A stretch of 64,000 nt of DNA from the human T2T-CHM13v2.0 reference genome, Homo sapiens (GCF_009914755.1 NC_060933.1), one strand, 5' to 3'. Positions 46,975-62,830 are shown, counted from the first letter of the stretch. Translations and numbers: made by a program. The notes: generated by a model from the letters alone, not told the origin.

Positions 46975-47247
46975 CCCAGGTGGTGGCTCACGCTTGTAAC
47001 CCAGCACTTTAGGAGGCCGAGGTGGGAGGATCGCTTAGGGCCAGGAGTTCCAGACTAGCCTGGGCAACACAGTGATTCTGTCTCTACAAAAAACAAACAA
47101 ACAAACAAACTCCGATTGTTGGGCCCCACCCTAGAGTTTCTGATTCGGCAGCGTGGGTGAGAGCTGAGAGTCTGCACTTCCACCAAGTTCCCGGTGACTA
47201 GGAAGCCGCTGGCCCAGGGGCCACTCTTTGAGAATCGCTGCTCTACA
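46975..47247 (+). mobile_element. FLAM-like Alu monomer (46975-47109) followed by a MER5A-like fragment
   Basis: Alu arm, then GGGCCCCACCCTAGAGTTTCTGATTC...CCACTCTTTGAGAATCGCTG. Confidence 0.75.
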
Positions 47248-47782
47248 GCCCAGCTCTATGATTCACAACTATCGCTCAGTTTACCCCTCACAACCATCTG
47301 GGGGCGCGGAGGATTATCTCCACTTCGTGAGTGTGGCCGGGGCACTCTGCAGAGCAGCGGCGTCAGTTTTCTGAGGTTACACGATTAATAAGCAGCAGGA
47401 ACTCCTGTCCAAAATCCACGGGCTCCATGAGCACTCAACCACCCCCCAACTCGGTGGCCACTGCGGCTCTGCTCCTTGGCTTGCTTTCTTAAGTCTCTTC
47501 TCAACATATAAATTGCATGCTCTGAGGCCAGCACTCCGGAACTGGGCGTCCCAATCCTCCTCGTCCTCCTTCTCATGGTGCTCCACAGCCGGAACAAAAT
47601 CCACCTATTGCGTCTGCTGTCCCATAACAGCTTCGCAGCCCAGTACACGTGCTTAAGATACGGGCTTCAGAGTCAGAGAAACCTGGATCCAAATCCAGAC
47701 TCACTTCCCTTCTCTAAGTCTTGATACCACATCGTCAGGTTGCTGTGAGATGAGCAAGGAGCTTAAGAGCGTGTAGCCTTTG

Positions 47783-48203
<421 letters not shown>

Positions 48204-48457
48204 TCAGTTTCCTAAGCTGTAAGCTGGGGTCCATGATAGCACCTACCTTATAGAGGAGATGTTCATTCATATAAAGTGCCTCAGAGCAGTGCTTGGCAAG
48301 TGCTCAGCCAGGTGTTAGTCTCCTACATGTATATTCCTGTTTTGTCAAATATATTTCAGTCTGAACATAAGCTCTTCATTGACACATGTAAACAAAAACA
48401 TTAAATAATAGAGTAGGCTACTGTGAAATCAAAATGTAAAAATCTTGGCAGTGATGG

Positions 48458-48821
48458 TGATATGGTTTGGCTCTGTGTCCCCACCCAAATCTCATCTTGA
48501 ATTGTAATCCCCAAGTGTGGAGGGAGGGGCCTGGTGAGAGGTGATTGGATCATGGAGGCGGTTTCCCCCAGGCTGTTCTGGTATTACTAAGGGAGTTCTC
48601 ATGAGATCTGATGGTTGAAAAGTGGCAGTTTCCCCTGCGAGTTATCTCCCTCCTGCAGCCCTGTGAAGAAGGTGCCAGCTTCCCCTTCACCTTCCGTCAT
48701 GATTGTAAGTTTCCTGAGGCTCCCCAGCCATGTGGAACTGTGAGTCAATTAAACCTCTTTCCTTTATAAATTACCCAGTCTCAGGTATGTCATTATAGCA
48801 GTGTGAGAGTGGACTAATACA
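48458..48821 (+). mobile_element. MaLR solo LTR (MSTA/THE1-like)
   Basis: TGATATGGTTTGGCTCTGTGTCCCCACCCAAATCTC...GGACTAATACA; TG...CA ends; 5-bp TSD GATGG. Confidence 0.9.
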
Positions 48822-51401
48822 GATGGCTGCACAATGGGAATGTACGTCATGCCACGGAATTGTATACTTAAAAATGGTTAAAATCGTAAACTTTGCTATG
48901 TATATATCACCATCATTAAAAAAATAATAAAGAAAAGAGAAATGACAGCACTTAGGTATCAGCCCACAGCTTTCCTGAACTCCCTGGCAGCTACATCTCT
49001 GCTTCCATGTTGATTTCCACAGAGCTCCTATTCTTTTAGCCCTTCCTGACCCTTGACCTTAGAGTTGGTCCCTGATGTGACTTCAAAAGCAGGGGGTGGG
49101 GTGCGGGATGGCCCTCCCTGTCTGCTTCCCCTTTCACTCCTGGCTATTCAGGGCCATCTCTGCCAGGGCCCCAGCAGAGGGGCTCGGTAGGGTGGGGAGG
49201 CCTTGCTATTTCCCCAGACACCAGGAGCCTCCCTGCTTCAGGACATGCCTGGACGATATTTCCCCAGGCCCCTGGCAGAGTCGTGGCTCTTCCCACCAAC
49301 CTCCCTCCTCCTGGTGAAGGAAGGGCCCCTTGAGGGACCAGGGACCCCCTAATTAGCACCAACTCCCACTGGGCTTCAGCAGGGAGCCCTGCTCTGTGCA
49401 GGGAGGGCACATAGATATTCCAAGCCCAGTGACCCGGCTCCAGTAGGCTCTGCCCCCTTTTGCTGTGCGATGCTGTGAAAGCCCCTCTCTGGGCTCCAGT
49501 GTCTCAACCCATTAAATGGGCATGGGCATCCCTGCCTGTCACCTTCCAGAGGCTGTAGGGAGGCTCTGAGGAAGAATGGATGCAGAGGGGCTGGTTTATT
49601 TATTACACAACACAATCGCATGGAGAGGCAGCAGCACAGTGGCTACTGACATGGTAGGGAACCTGCCTGCCGGGCTCAGACATCAGCCCTGCCACACACC
49701 AGCTGGGAGACATTGGGCCAGTTATCTACCTCTCTTGGCCTTGGGTTTTCTCATCCATAAAATGGGGATGATAACCATAAATGAGTTAATATCTGTCAAG
49801 CACTTAGAACCCAGCCTGGCACATGGTAAACTCAAAGTAAGTATTTGTTAAATAACTAAACTCAAAATAAGTAAATAATGGTAACCTTTATTGAGTACTC
49901 ACTGTGAGCCAGGCACTGTCCTAAGCTATTTACCTGTATTCATGGATTGAAATGAACATTTAATAAAAATGAATATGGGCTTTGAGCAGGGCTTACAGAT
50001 TAAACTAGAAGCACAAAGTGTTCATGGTCCTTTATTTTTCCTCAAAGCGGCAATATCAAAAGATCTAAACATTCGGCGGGGGGTGAGGGGTGTCACCTGT
50101 GCTGGGAGGCACCAAAACCCTCTGAACCGAATGAAAGCAGAGAAAGCCTTGTGCCCCTTATCAACCCATGAGTGTTGATTTAGAATCTAAAGCTCTAATT
50201 CTTCAGTTTTTAGCCAGACCCACTAATTCTCTCCCAAATCATATTACATCTAGGGGTAAGCACCAAATACAATACCCCAGAATTCTGCCCTTCTTTCCCC
50301 AGCACCCCACGTAAACAGTCTGATGGTTTTGGCTCGTACCAGTCTAGTGATGGGGAGCTCACCCCTGCTGGGGGAAGATGTGCTCAACCAGTGGACTTCC
50401 TCGCATCTACTGAACAGAAATCTACAATTTTCCCCACTGCCCTACCTGTTCCTGGAGCCCCGCCAGCCACATCCATTGTTTCTGCCCCTTGACAGCCTTC
50501 CAGAGATTGAAGACCTCTTAACTCAGGACCATGGGATGGCTCCACTGGGGGGTGGGGGTTTCTTGTGTGACTTGGTTTCCCATGTCCTCCCCATTTTGGT
50601 TGCCCATGTGCTCCAAGCTCTCCCCATCTTCCAGGTTATACTCGAACTCTGCAGATGGGGGCTGAGAACTCCTCAGCAGAGCAGGTCCCCAAAAGGATCC
50701 CAGATGTCACATCTCAGAACAAAAGCACTAGCCAGACCCCAAGAGATCGTGGGGTACAGAAAGAGGAAATGGAGTCAGCACGCCAAAGGCCACCCACACA
50801 GGGCAGAACCAGGAACAAGATCCAGGTCTCCAGCCTCCCAGTCCAAAAGAGTACGCTAAAACACAGAACAGAGTCCTGTCTTCCTGTACCTGGATACAGT
50901 ACCAAACATTTTTGTTCCTTATCTGTGTTGCTCTAAGTAATAGTGGAAACTCGTTTGTGGAGGGACAAATTCCAAAGATGGTTAGGAAAGAAAGGCCTTA
51001 TAATTGTGAGCTCAAGGGTCATTGGCCTTATCTAGGCTCTCCTGGACTCACACCTTTGAAAGGTGAACTGTGTTTCTCCAGAGAGTGCTTTAGGCTGGGA
51101 ATGATGGCAGACCTTAGGTCTTTTCTGCTAGAAAGGCCGGCAGAGCATCAGCAGCCCCCACGATGTGAGGGGAAACCTGGAGCACATTCACTCCACCCAC
51201 ATTTTCCAAGTCCCCAGCTGGAGATAGCCCCTGTGCTGGGCTCTGTGGATGGAGGTATTCCCATGGGGTCTCTCCCCTTGGGAATGGGTAGAAAAATAGG
51301 GAAATCCCTACTGGAGCAACGCTTGATCACAAACGTGGTGGCGTGTTAGAGGTAGCAGGAGCAAGGAAAAGACCAGGAGGTTAGAGCAATGGGCTCCAAA
51401 C

Positions 51402-51660
<259 letters not shown>

Positions 51661-51968
51661 CAAACTTTTTTGATCATTCACTCCTTCCACAAGAAAAAAA
51701 AAAAACAAACTGTGCTCACACCCCATTATCTTATATTATATACAAGTAATCATCATCAACCTCGCAAGACAAAACGTATACACAGAGTGAGATTCATCAC
51801 TAACCAGAGTGACTGTAAATATCTATTTCAAAGTGTCCCCTAACATAAACAAACAAACAAACTTGAGCTGACAAACTTGTCAGACTTATTAGCTTGTCAC
51901 TGTTTTTGTCCTGGGTCTTGTAGCTGATGAAGTGACTGCAATAGAAACCCCAGTGTTAATTCTCTCAC

Positions 51969-52273
51969 TTTTTTTCTTTTTTAAATTTATTTTTATTAAA
52001 AACATTTTTTTAGAGACAGAGTCTCGCTCTGTCGCCTAGGCTGGAGTGCAGTGGTGCCATCATAGCTCATTGTAGCCTCCAACTCCTGGACTCAAGCAAT
52101 CCTCCTGCCTCAGCCTCCTGAGTAGCTGGGACCACAGGCATGAGCCACCATGCCCGGCTAATTATTAAACTTTTCCTTGAGGCGGGGATTTGCTATGTTG
52201 CCCAGGCTTGTATCAAACTCCTAGCCTCAAGTGATCCTCTCGCCTTGGCCTCCCAAAGTACTGGGATTACAGG
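51969..52273 (-). mobile_element. Alu (AluJ-like)
   Basis: Consensus match. Confidence 0.88.
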
Positions 52274-53670
52274 CCAGCACTCAACCTCTTCCATTCCCTT
52301 GTCTTCATGTACTAGCATTATTAGCATAGTAAGTAAGCACTGCTAACAAGTCACAATTTTTCAGTACGAATCTTTAAAAACCACGTGTCCATTCTGTAAG
52401 CGCTAGTTAGCTTAGAGTGGTGAATATAATTTGTAAATCCAATCTGGATTAATTAGTCTGGATTAACCTGGATTAATAAACCAGGTTAATTAATTGGGAT
52501 AACTTGCCAAAAACAGACTAAAGAGTAAGGGAGTCCTCATTACCCTTTCTCAGAGTGTTTCCCCTTCTCTCTGGAGACTCCTGGACCACATGAGACAGGA
52601 GACTCCTGGACCACATGAGGCTGCCTGACACCCCAGCTGGCGAGTGTGTCTCCACCTGGCAAATGTGACTAAAGCTGAATTCTTTGTTCTATTTGTTTAG
52701 ATATTTTTTCCTGCACCCCAATGTGCATCTTGCATAGATCACTTTGGGGGCAATTGGGATAGAAGATGAAGAGAGTCGGAGATAATTTTTAAGCTCAAAG
52801 GATGGCAGAAATGATCTAGTCTACCCTTCACTTTGCAGGTGAGGAAACAAGAACCTGAGAAGGGATGTGACTTGTCCAGGGTCACCTGGCTGGTCAGTGG
52901 CAGATCCTGGAGAGAATGCAAATCTCTAGGCCTTGATGCTACAAATGGCTGCTAAAAGTGGTCACAGTCTAGCTCTTTACCGGTCCTTTTACTTTACTGG
53001 TCCTTTTACTTTACTGTGCCTCTTGGTTGGGTTCACTCTGAAGCCTCAGTTTCCTCATCTGTAAAATGGAACGAATCAAACCAGCTCTTGGGCTGCTGTT
53101 TGAGTGCCGGTAAAGTCTCGCTGACATCTGCGGACTGGGAAGAAACCCTTCCCTAGGCTCTGGAAGGTCCTACTTGAGTGTCTGAGATCTGGGACCGCTA
53201 GAGCATGAGGATTCTGCCTCTGCCTACCAGCCACAGCAGTGACCCTGCAGGACGCGGAGACCCTGCTGCCCAGCATTGTGCTGGCCTGGGCCTGGCGTGT
53301 TGGTGGGCAGCTGTGGACATGGGTCCTGGGTCTCATGAAGCAATGACCTGCAATCCTGCTCCTATCTCTCATCCTCCCCATCTTCCAGGTCCTTCCTGCC
53401 TCCTCCAGGCTGTCCTCATCTCAGATCCCACCTCTCTAAAGCTGAGACCCCACTTGGGCTACTGGTAGATGGCAGCATCCTCTATTCCAAAACCTTCAAT
53501 AGCTTCTCAGCTGGGGATTCAAAGCCAAGGTGTGGCCCAGGAGTATATCAAGAAGGGATGTGAGGCAAGCAGGGAAGGGGAAGTGGCAGGGATGAGGGCA
53601 GGAGGGAGGTGAGCAGTCGGCCGGGCGCAGACACTCAGGAAGTGCATTTTCAACAGAGAAATTAAAAATA

Positions 53671-54034
<364 letters not shown>

Positions 54035-54330
54035 CTAAACAACGTCAGTGCGTCAGTGCTAAAACGCTCCTCCCTGACAGGGCAGGCTGCACCTACCTCC
54101 CTGCCCTTGGCGTCTGGCAAATACCTTATACTCTGCCTCTTATACTGAGCCAAACCAGACCCTACGTTCATCGCATCCCATATAGGCCTAGTAAGTTTTC
54201 TCCTCTCCAGTCCTTGGGTTACATCATTTCCTTTGCCAGTAATGCCCTATCCACCACTCTGTATGACCGGCTGCTACAAGGCTCAGCTTAGAGAAGTGCT
54301 CCCTCTTCCAGGAAGTCTTCCTGCAAGCAT

Positions 54331-54553
54331 TCCCATCCATCCCCTCGCAGGCCATGGCTCCCCTCACATCACGTTTTCATCTCCAAAGGAAAACTCAAGA
54401 AAGGAACCCGCAACACAGAAAACCATACAAGGAGAGTCACTTCTGAGCTACGTGACCTCAGACAAGTCCCATGGCCTCTCTGAGCCTCAGTTTCATCTCC
54501 TTAAAAGAACCATCTCATCTCCAAATACCCTCCTTTCCTTGACCTGCACCATC
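54331..54553 (+). repeat. Local dispersed duplication, copy 1 (223 bp)
   Basis: Ungapped match to 55730-55952, 12 mismatches by hand count. Confidence 0.93.
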
Positions 54554-55282
54554 CCTTCTTTTGACTGCACAGTGAACTCTGTCATTAGGTGAAAATGCTC
54601 CACCTGCTTCCAAAGTCACTAATTCAAGCACCCCTCCTGACCGCACCCTCCCCACCTCCAGCCTCCTGTCACCTGCCACATGTGACCAGCCCTTTGCCAG
54701 TGTCCCCAATGATGGATCAGTAAAAACAGGTTCAGGCTCGAGTAGAGGGCCCTGGAAGCCACAACCAGAGACCCCTCTCCAGGATGACACAATGCATCAA
54801 GCAATGCCCCAACTCCACCACCATGCTCAGCAACACCTTTGCTGAAAGACCAGCTCCAGGGATGGTGTGGGGGCCATGTGATTTCCATGGGCATGTTGTG
54901 GAAGGCCATTTCTTGTCCCCAGTAACCTGGGACATCAGCTCACTCTTATCAACACCCTAAAATCCCTCACGCCACTGACTTTTTTTTCACATCATCTGGC
55001 AAACCCCAGCACTGGGTGAACCTGGATATCTAAGCTCAGTTGGGAGGAAAATGGTGGACAATAACCAGCCCTGGGAAGGAGGCCCCAGTGGGGTGAAGGC
55101 TGCTCCCATGTTGCTTGTGTCCCCCAGCGCGACTCCCTCTGCAAGTCAGGCCATGAGAAGGGCACTGCCGGAAAAGCCAGAACCCACGGGCACCCACGTG
55201 GCCTCCTTCTTCTTGTACCCAATGCCAATCCATCACTAATCCCAGCCTCCTGTCCCACCTTCAAATCATCTCTCTCTCTTGC

Positions 55283-55423
55283 TTTTTTTTTTTTTTTTTT
55301 TTTTTTAAGAGATGAGGTCTCACTATGTTGTCCAGGCTGGTCTGGAACTCCTGGCTTCAAGCAATCCTCATGTCTCAGTCTCCCAAAGTGCTAGGATTAT
55401 AGGCGTGAGCCTCGGTGCCTGGC
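55283..55423 (-). mobile_element. Alu left monomer (FLAM-like)
   Basis: Single arm with T-tail. Confidence 0.85.
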
Positions 55424-55729
55424 TCCAAACATCTGTTAAACTTGGTCATTTAGTCTCAGCCACCAACCATCTTGCCCTTGATCTTTCCGAAATATGTAAA
55501 CGTGAGCAGACCCCTCGGCGGCCATTGTTCTACTTCCCCAGCCTCACCTTGCCCAGGGATCTGAGCTGCACACATCACGGTGCTTTCAGTTCTTCAAAGT
55601 CCTGTTTCCTCCAGCCGGAGGGCTTTGGCAAGGCTGTTTCTCCTATGCAGCGTGCCTCCCTCCCCACCCTTGCCTGCTCAGTCCCTACTCATCTTTCAGA
55701 TCTCAGCTCAAAGTCCTTTCCTTAGAACA

Positions 55730-55952
55730 TCCCATCCATCCCCTCGCAGGCCATGGCTCCCCTCACATCATGTTTTCATCTCCAAAGGAAAACTCAAGAA
55801 AGGAACCCGCAACAAAGAAAACCATACAAGGAGAGTCACTTCCAAGCTGTGTGACCTCAGACAAGTCCTATGGCCTCTCTGAGACTCAGTTTCACCTCCT
55901 TAAAAGAGCCATCTCATCTCCAAATACCTTCCTTTCCTTGACCGGCACCATC
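55730..55952 (+). repeat. Local dispersed duplication, copy 2 (223 bp)
   Basis: Ungapped match to 54331-54553. Confidence 0.93.
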
Positions 55953-57491
55953 TGTGCCCTGGACTGCAGCCTTTTGCAGTGACCCCGGACTCAGCACATT
56001 CTCTACTCTGCACGCCCTTCACTCCTCTCTCCTCCTCCAGATTCTGTGGGACTCTACGATTACTGTCCATCTCCCGTTTGGTCTGTGAGCCCTCAAAGGC
56101 GGGCCTGTGTCTGTTTTGCTGTGCTTGGTATCTCTAATGCTTTACATACAGAAAGTAATCAATCGTGAACAAAGGTCCTAGTCAAAAAATTACATTGAAA
56201 GATAACTTTTTAGGGAGCGAATGAATGGGTCAGTCTGGGTGAGGCTCCAGGATTATCTGTGTGGGGCAGATATCTCTACAGTCTTTCTCCAGGGCAGGCC
56301 ACACAGGCCGAGCCACTCCTGCAATGGTTTCAACAAGGATGAGGCTAGTGACCCTGCCAGCAAGCTCTCAAAGCTCCTTCCTGTTCGTTATCTCCCCAGC
56401 CCTCCTCCACACTCCCCACCCCCATTACTCAGAGTACCAGGCTTTTAATGACCAGGCCACTGGAGCATTTCTGAGCTGGCATTGTGGAGATTCTGTTCTT
56501 CCCAAGGGCCAGGACTCAGGAGCCTTTTCTTTGTGGGGTTGGATGAGGAAAAAGAAGTGGAATCTAATTAGACCAGGTTCAAAGCCCAGCTTTGCCTCTT
56601 GCTGGCTGCGTGACCTTGCAAATTTACTCAACCTCTCTGGGCTCCTGCCTCCTTATCTGTAAAAAGAGGACAAGACTATCTAGCTACAATGCGATGGTGA
56701 AGATTCCATGAGTGAATGCACACTAAGAGTCTAATTGGGGACCCGCCACATGTCAAATGATTCCAAGACAGCTTTTTACATTTTAACATCTCTGAAACTG
56801 GGATGCAACTTATAGTTTCTGTTGCTTTTTCTTTCTTAATGGATTCTAAAATAAGGGTACATCTCACAACAGATAAGCCCTGCCTTGAATGAAATACCGC
56901 AGTAGCTTAGATTCTTTACTTCCCTTGCAAAGAGGCTGAAACGCCTGTGAGATGGGATCAAAGACCAAGAACACAAATCGTTAAGGGACAAGGGTCTATT
57001 GAGGCCTAGCATTCACCCTGGATCTCCAGAGCTTCACGGAATTTGAAGGCTCAGGCCCTTCCCCGGCCTGGCGCCCCTCTGGATCTGTCTCAGCTGTCCT
57101 AGTCTTGCTCAGAAAGCGGCCCAGCTTCAGCAGGACCCTCACCTCTGCCTCCAACCCTCTGTTGCTACTGATGTGGTAGGTTCCACAGTTGGACAGTTTG
57201 GTCACAATGCTACTGTGCTTGCAGCCACCCAAAACCCCAAGTCTTTGTCCCAAGAAAAGAGTCCTAGTTCCCACCTTCAGAAACCCCCACAGACATCTCC
57301 TCCAGTGTGACTCCATCAAGCCATCCTTGGACTCTGCTCCCAACTGTTCCGAAGGCCAGCACTGGGGATGTCATCCAGGCCTTACCAAAGTCCTTATGCT
57401 GTGAGTGCTGACTTCATCCCTGCAGCCTGCTGATGTCAGACCGGCCTGAGTATTTTATTATCTAAATATCATTATAACTTGTATTGCATAC

Positions 57492-58116
<625 letters not shown>

Positions 58117-58169
58117 ACACATATCACCAAAATCTTTACAGAAATAAATTATCTATCAAGTATAAAATT

Positions 58170-58286
58170 ATTTTATTTTATTTTTTTTTTAATAGAGGCA
58201 ATGTCTTACTTTGTTGCCCAGGCTGGTCTCAAACTCCTGGCTTCCCAAAGTGCTGGGATTACCGGGAGGAGCCACCATGCCCAGCC
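58170..58286 (-). mobile_element. Alu monomer fragment with an internal deletion
   Basis: Partial consensus. Confidence 0.75.
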
Positions 58287-60894
58287 AAAACATTTTAAAT
58301 GTAGAAAAGACCAAAGAAAACAAAATTCTACCACCTAGTGATAATTAGCTTGATGTCTGTCTGAATATTTTGCTATGTCTGCATGCTGGGGAAAGATTCT
58401 TTTCTCACATCCAAACCCAAACAGTCTCATTCCACACATACTACTCTTTCTCTTACCGTGACATGGTGGCCCTGTCTCTAAACAGACTGGTTTCTTCATG
58501 GCGGCCCCACAGTGCTCCCGTCCTCTATCCCTATCCCTGGCAGGTCCCAGGTCTCTACAGGGACGTAGCGCTTTGGGTCTGACGTTGTTCCTCCTCATCC
58601 TCAGAGTGGGGCTGTGATCTGTGATGGGGCCATGGCTGCCTTCGGGGACCCCACCAAACAAAGCCACACCCAGGCACAGAAATACTCCAGAGCACTTAAA
58701 TCAAGGGGTGTGTGATAAATGGCGGCTGTCTGTCTCTGTCCGATTTGATTGTAGCCCTTTCAAAACCAACTGAAAGTTCTCCCAGCCCCAGATGCTGGCC
58801 TGATATTTCCCTAACCCCTAGGGGCTCCAGAAATCACAATGAATAATGAATAGGTAGGTGCCTGGCATTTTGTAGTTCATAAAGCGCCTCCTTACTTTTA
58901 TCCAATTTAGAGCCTTACAACAAGCTTATACATTAGGCAGAACAGGTATTTATTATCCTCATTTTATAAATGAAGAAACTGACGCTTAGAGAAGTGGAGT
59001 GACTGACCCAATATCTTCCCTTATTTTTCTACCCTTCATAGTCTGGCCGTCTCCAAATCACACTAACAACCCAGCTCAGGCATCAGCTCCTCTAGGGAGC
59101 CTTCCATGACCCCCCACTTCCACCCCAGGCTGGGTTAGGTGCCCTCCTGGAGGCCCCACAGCTCCTGGGCTTCCCTATGATAACTGTAGTGCCCCTGCCA
59201 GGCCATGGGCCCTCACGGCTGTGATGGGTCTAGCTTGTCTACATTCACACTCCCCAAGCATTAGAAAAACATCAATAGGTGGTTGCTGGGGTGAAGATCA
59301 TTACAATGACTAAGGCAGGAATTATTCTTCCCCTTTTACAGATGAGGACACTGAGTCATAAAGAAGGGTCAAGACTTGCCTAAGGAGCATATCAGCAGCG
59401 GGGTCAGCTCTCCTTCTTCAGAGGCCTGGGTTCTTTTGCTCCACTGCATCCCTTGTTGTCCGCAATCTTAGACTCCAAACCATTGCTGGAGGCTCGTATC
59501 TGATTTCTCAGGCAGGTCTACCTGGTCAGCCAGGTGTGAAAGGGAGGTTGGCAGGAGGGGGCTCTGTCTGCAGTGGGCTCAATTCCCCAGCCTGGGCCAA
59601 CACCGTGGTGCAGCCTTAGGAACAGCCACAGGAGTTGCCCAGTTATTGAGCACGCCATAGACCACGCCCTGTGCAAGAACTTCCCTTGCACTTCTTACTT
59701 CATCCTGTGGCTGGGGCCGTTATGATGCCATTTTGCAGGTGGGCCAGGAGAGACCCTGGCCCAAGGCCACTCAGTGTCTGAGATGGGGCTAGAAGCCAGG
59801 GCTGCATCCCTGGCAGCAGGCAGCCCCAGGAGTTTGCTGGCACCAGAGCCAGAAATAAATGCACAGTCAGAGTACAGGAGACAACTCTCAGGGGACCTGC
59901 AGTGTGGGCAAAGCCCCAAACTCACCTCCCACCCAGGGCTGGCTAGAGGAACAAGACTCTTGGGCCCAGGGAACACACGCCTGCCCCTGCACTGCCTGTG
60001 GGCAGGGTCATGCCATTTGCCAGGGCCCCTACAAACTCCAGGCTCAAGGCCAGGCTAGAAGCAGCTGTCATATCAACCCTGCACAAATGCTCAGCTCCCG
60101 ATTTCTTATTTGAATGAGACTTCACCTATCTGCTCCTGACTGGCTGACAGATGCTGAGCAAGGCCCCATCTCTTATTGGGCCTTACTTTACCTATCTGTG
60201 AAATGATGCCAGGAGTGGGGTGGCTGGTGGGGGGAGGGGCTAGGTTTGGGGGATGGTATCTTAATGGAACCCACCAACTCTGACATTCCAGGGATGGACT
60301 ACAGGCAGCAGGGGAAGGTGATTAAGCCCTGGACACTGGTGGCAGATGACATAGATTGAATGTATGATCCTGGGCTAGCTACCCAACTTCCCTGGGGCTC
60401 AGTGTTGTCATCTATAAAATGGGAATGATAGTACAAAAAAGACTGAAAGTAAATGTTCATATTGATTATGTGGGATGAGAAGAGGAGAAGATATGGGTAA
60501 TTTATTTTGTCTGTTTTCCTGCCTTTTTCTGAAATTCTCCATTATCAAGTGTTTATAATTTTAAAAATGTATTTTCTTTGTAAATTAACTTCATGAGATA
60601 TCATTTACATATAATATATCCATTTTAAAACGGGAGAAATAATAACAAACAGTATGTACCCTATAGGTTGTTATGGGGATTGGGTTAACGTATATAAAAT
60701 ATTAGATGGTGGTAAGAAGTGCTAATAAGTGTTTGTTAAATATATAAGCCCAGGGTCAGCCTGGCTTCCTCCTCATCCTCCTCCTGCTCACCTGGCCTGG
60801 ACCCCAACCTCTCCCCTAGCACTGAGCTCACTGCCCAGGTCCCACAGCAGCACTCCAGGCCTGGACTATTTCTACAGCCATCTCTCTGCACCTG

Positions 60895-61740
<846 letters not shown>

Positions 61741-61984
61741 CTCGCAGGAATCACACCAATATTCAAATCTGGCCATGTTCCTACCCAATTCAAAAGCCTT
61801 CCATGGCTCCCCGCTGACCCTGGCTGAAAGTCCTAGATTCTCCATGAGACACAGTTTCAATAAGCCACGTAACTTTTCTGTATTTTTGTTTTCTTAATTG
61901 GAAAAGCGGGATAAAAAGAGTAGCTCCGTCATACACTCGCAGGATTCCATTATGAGCATGGTGGGGTACACAGTCTAGCCCAGG

Positions 61985-62830
61985 GCCTGCCTGCTCCTCT
62001 CTTCCTCTTCTCCCGCCATCACTCTGTCCCAGCTCGTGCTTCTCTGAACATGCCAGGCATGGTCCTGCCTCAGGGCTTTTGCCCCAGCTGTTCCCTCCAC
62101 CTGAATGGCTGTTTCCCCAGAAATGAGCCTGACTCACCCCTCTCCTTCAAGCCTTTGCCTAAAAATCACCTTCTCAATGAGGCCCCCAGCCCACCCTAGT
62201 TAAAACTGCCCCCTCACACACCCTAACCCCTCCTATGTTCTATTTGCTCCACCTCATTTATCACTGATTTTATTTATCACCTATTCATCTATTTTATTTA
62301 TTGTTTTTCATCTGTCTTCCCCCCATCTGATTGTAAGCTCTTTGGGGGAAGATCTTTCTGGTCTATTTTGTTTAATATCAGCGCCTTCCCCCTTTCCCCA
62401 GCACTTAGAAAATACCTAGTACAGGTCAGGTGTGGTGGCTCACATCTGTAATCCCAGCACTTTGGGAGGCCGAGACAAGCGGATCATTTGAGGTCAGGAG
62501 TTCGAGTCCAGCCTGGCCAACATGGCGAAACACCGTCTCTACTGAAAATACAAAAACTAGCTGGTGTGGTGGCACGCACCTGTAATCCCAGCTACTCAGG
62601 AGGCTGAGGCATGAGAATCACTTGAACCCAGGAGGCAGAGGCGGAGGTTGCCGTGAGCCGGGATCATGCCACTGCACTTCAGCCTGGGAGACAGAGCGAG
62701 ACTCTGTCTCAGAAAACAACAACAACAACAAAAAACAACAACAAAAACAAAACAAAAGAAACAAACAAAAAAACTAGTACAATGTAGGTGCTTAATAAAT
62801 ACTGGCTGAATGACTAATGGAATGAATGAA
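61985..62830 (+). mobile_element. L2 3' end interrupted by an AluS (about 62424-62773, +)
   Basis: CCTGCCTCAGGGCTTTTGC...CACCTTCTCAATGAGGCC...TGTAAGCTC...AATAAATAC...(TGAA)n tail. Confidence 0.82.

Noticed and set aside
47377-47648. Short minus-strand ORFs as a processed pseudogene
   Set aside because: No recognisable parent, poly-A or TSD; looks like L2/MIR remnants.
53461-53480. CTCF-like motif (also near 5232, 49170 and 57070)
   Set aside because: Several mismatches to the core consensus; cannot be supported without PWM scoring or ChIP data.
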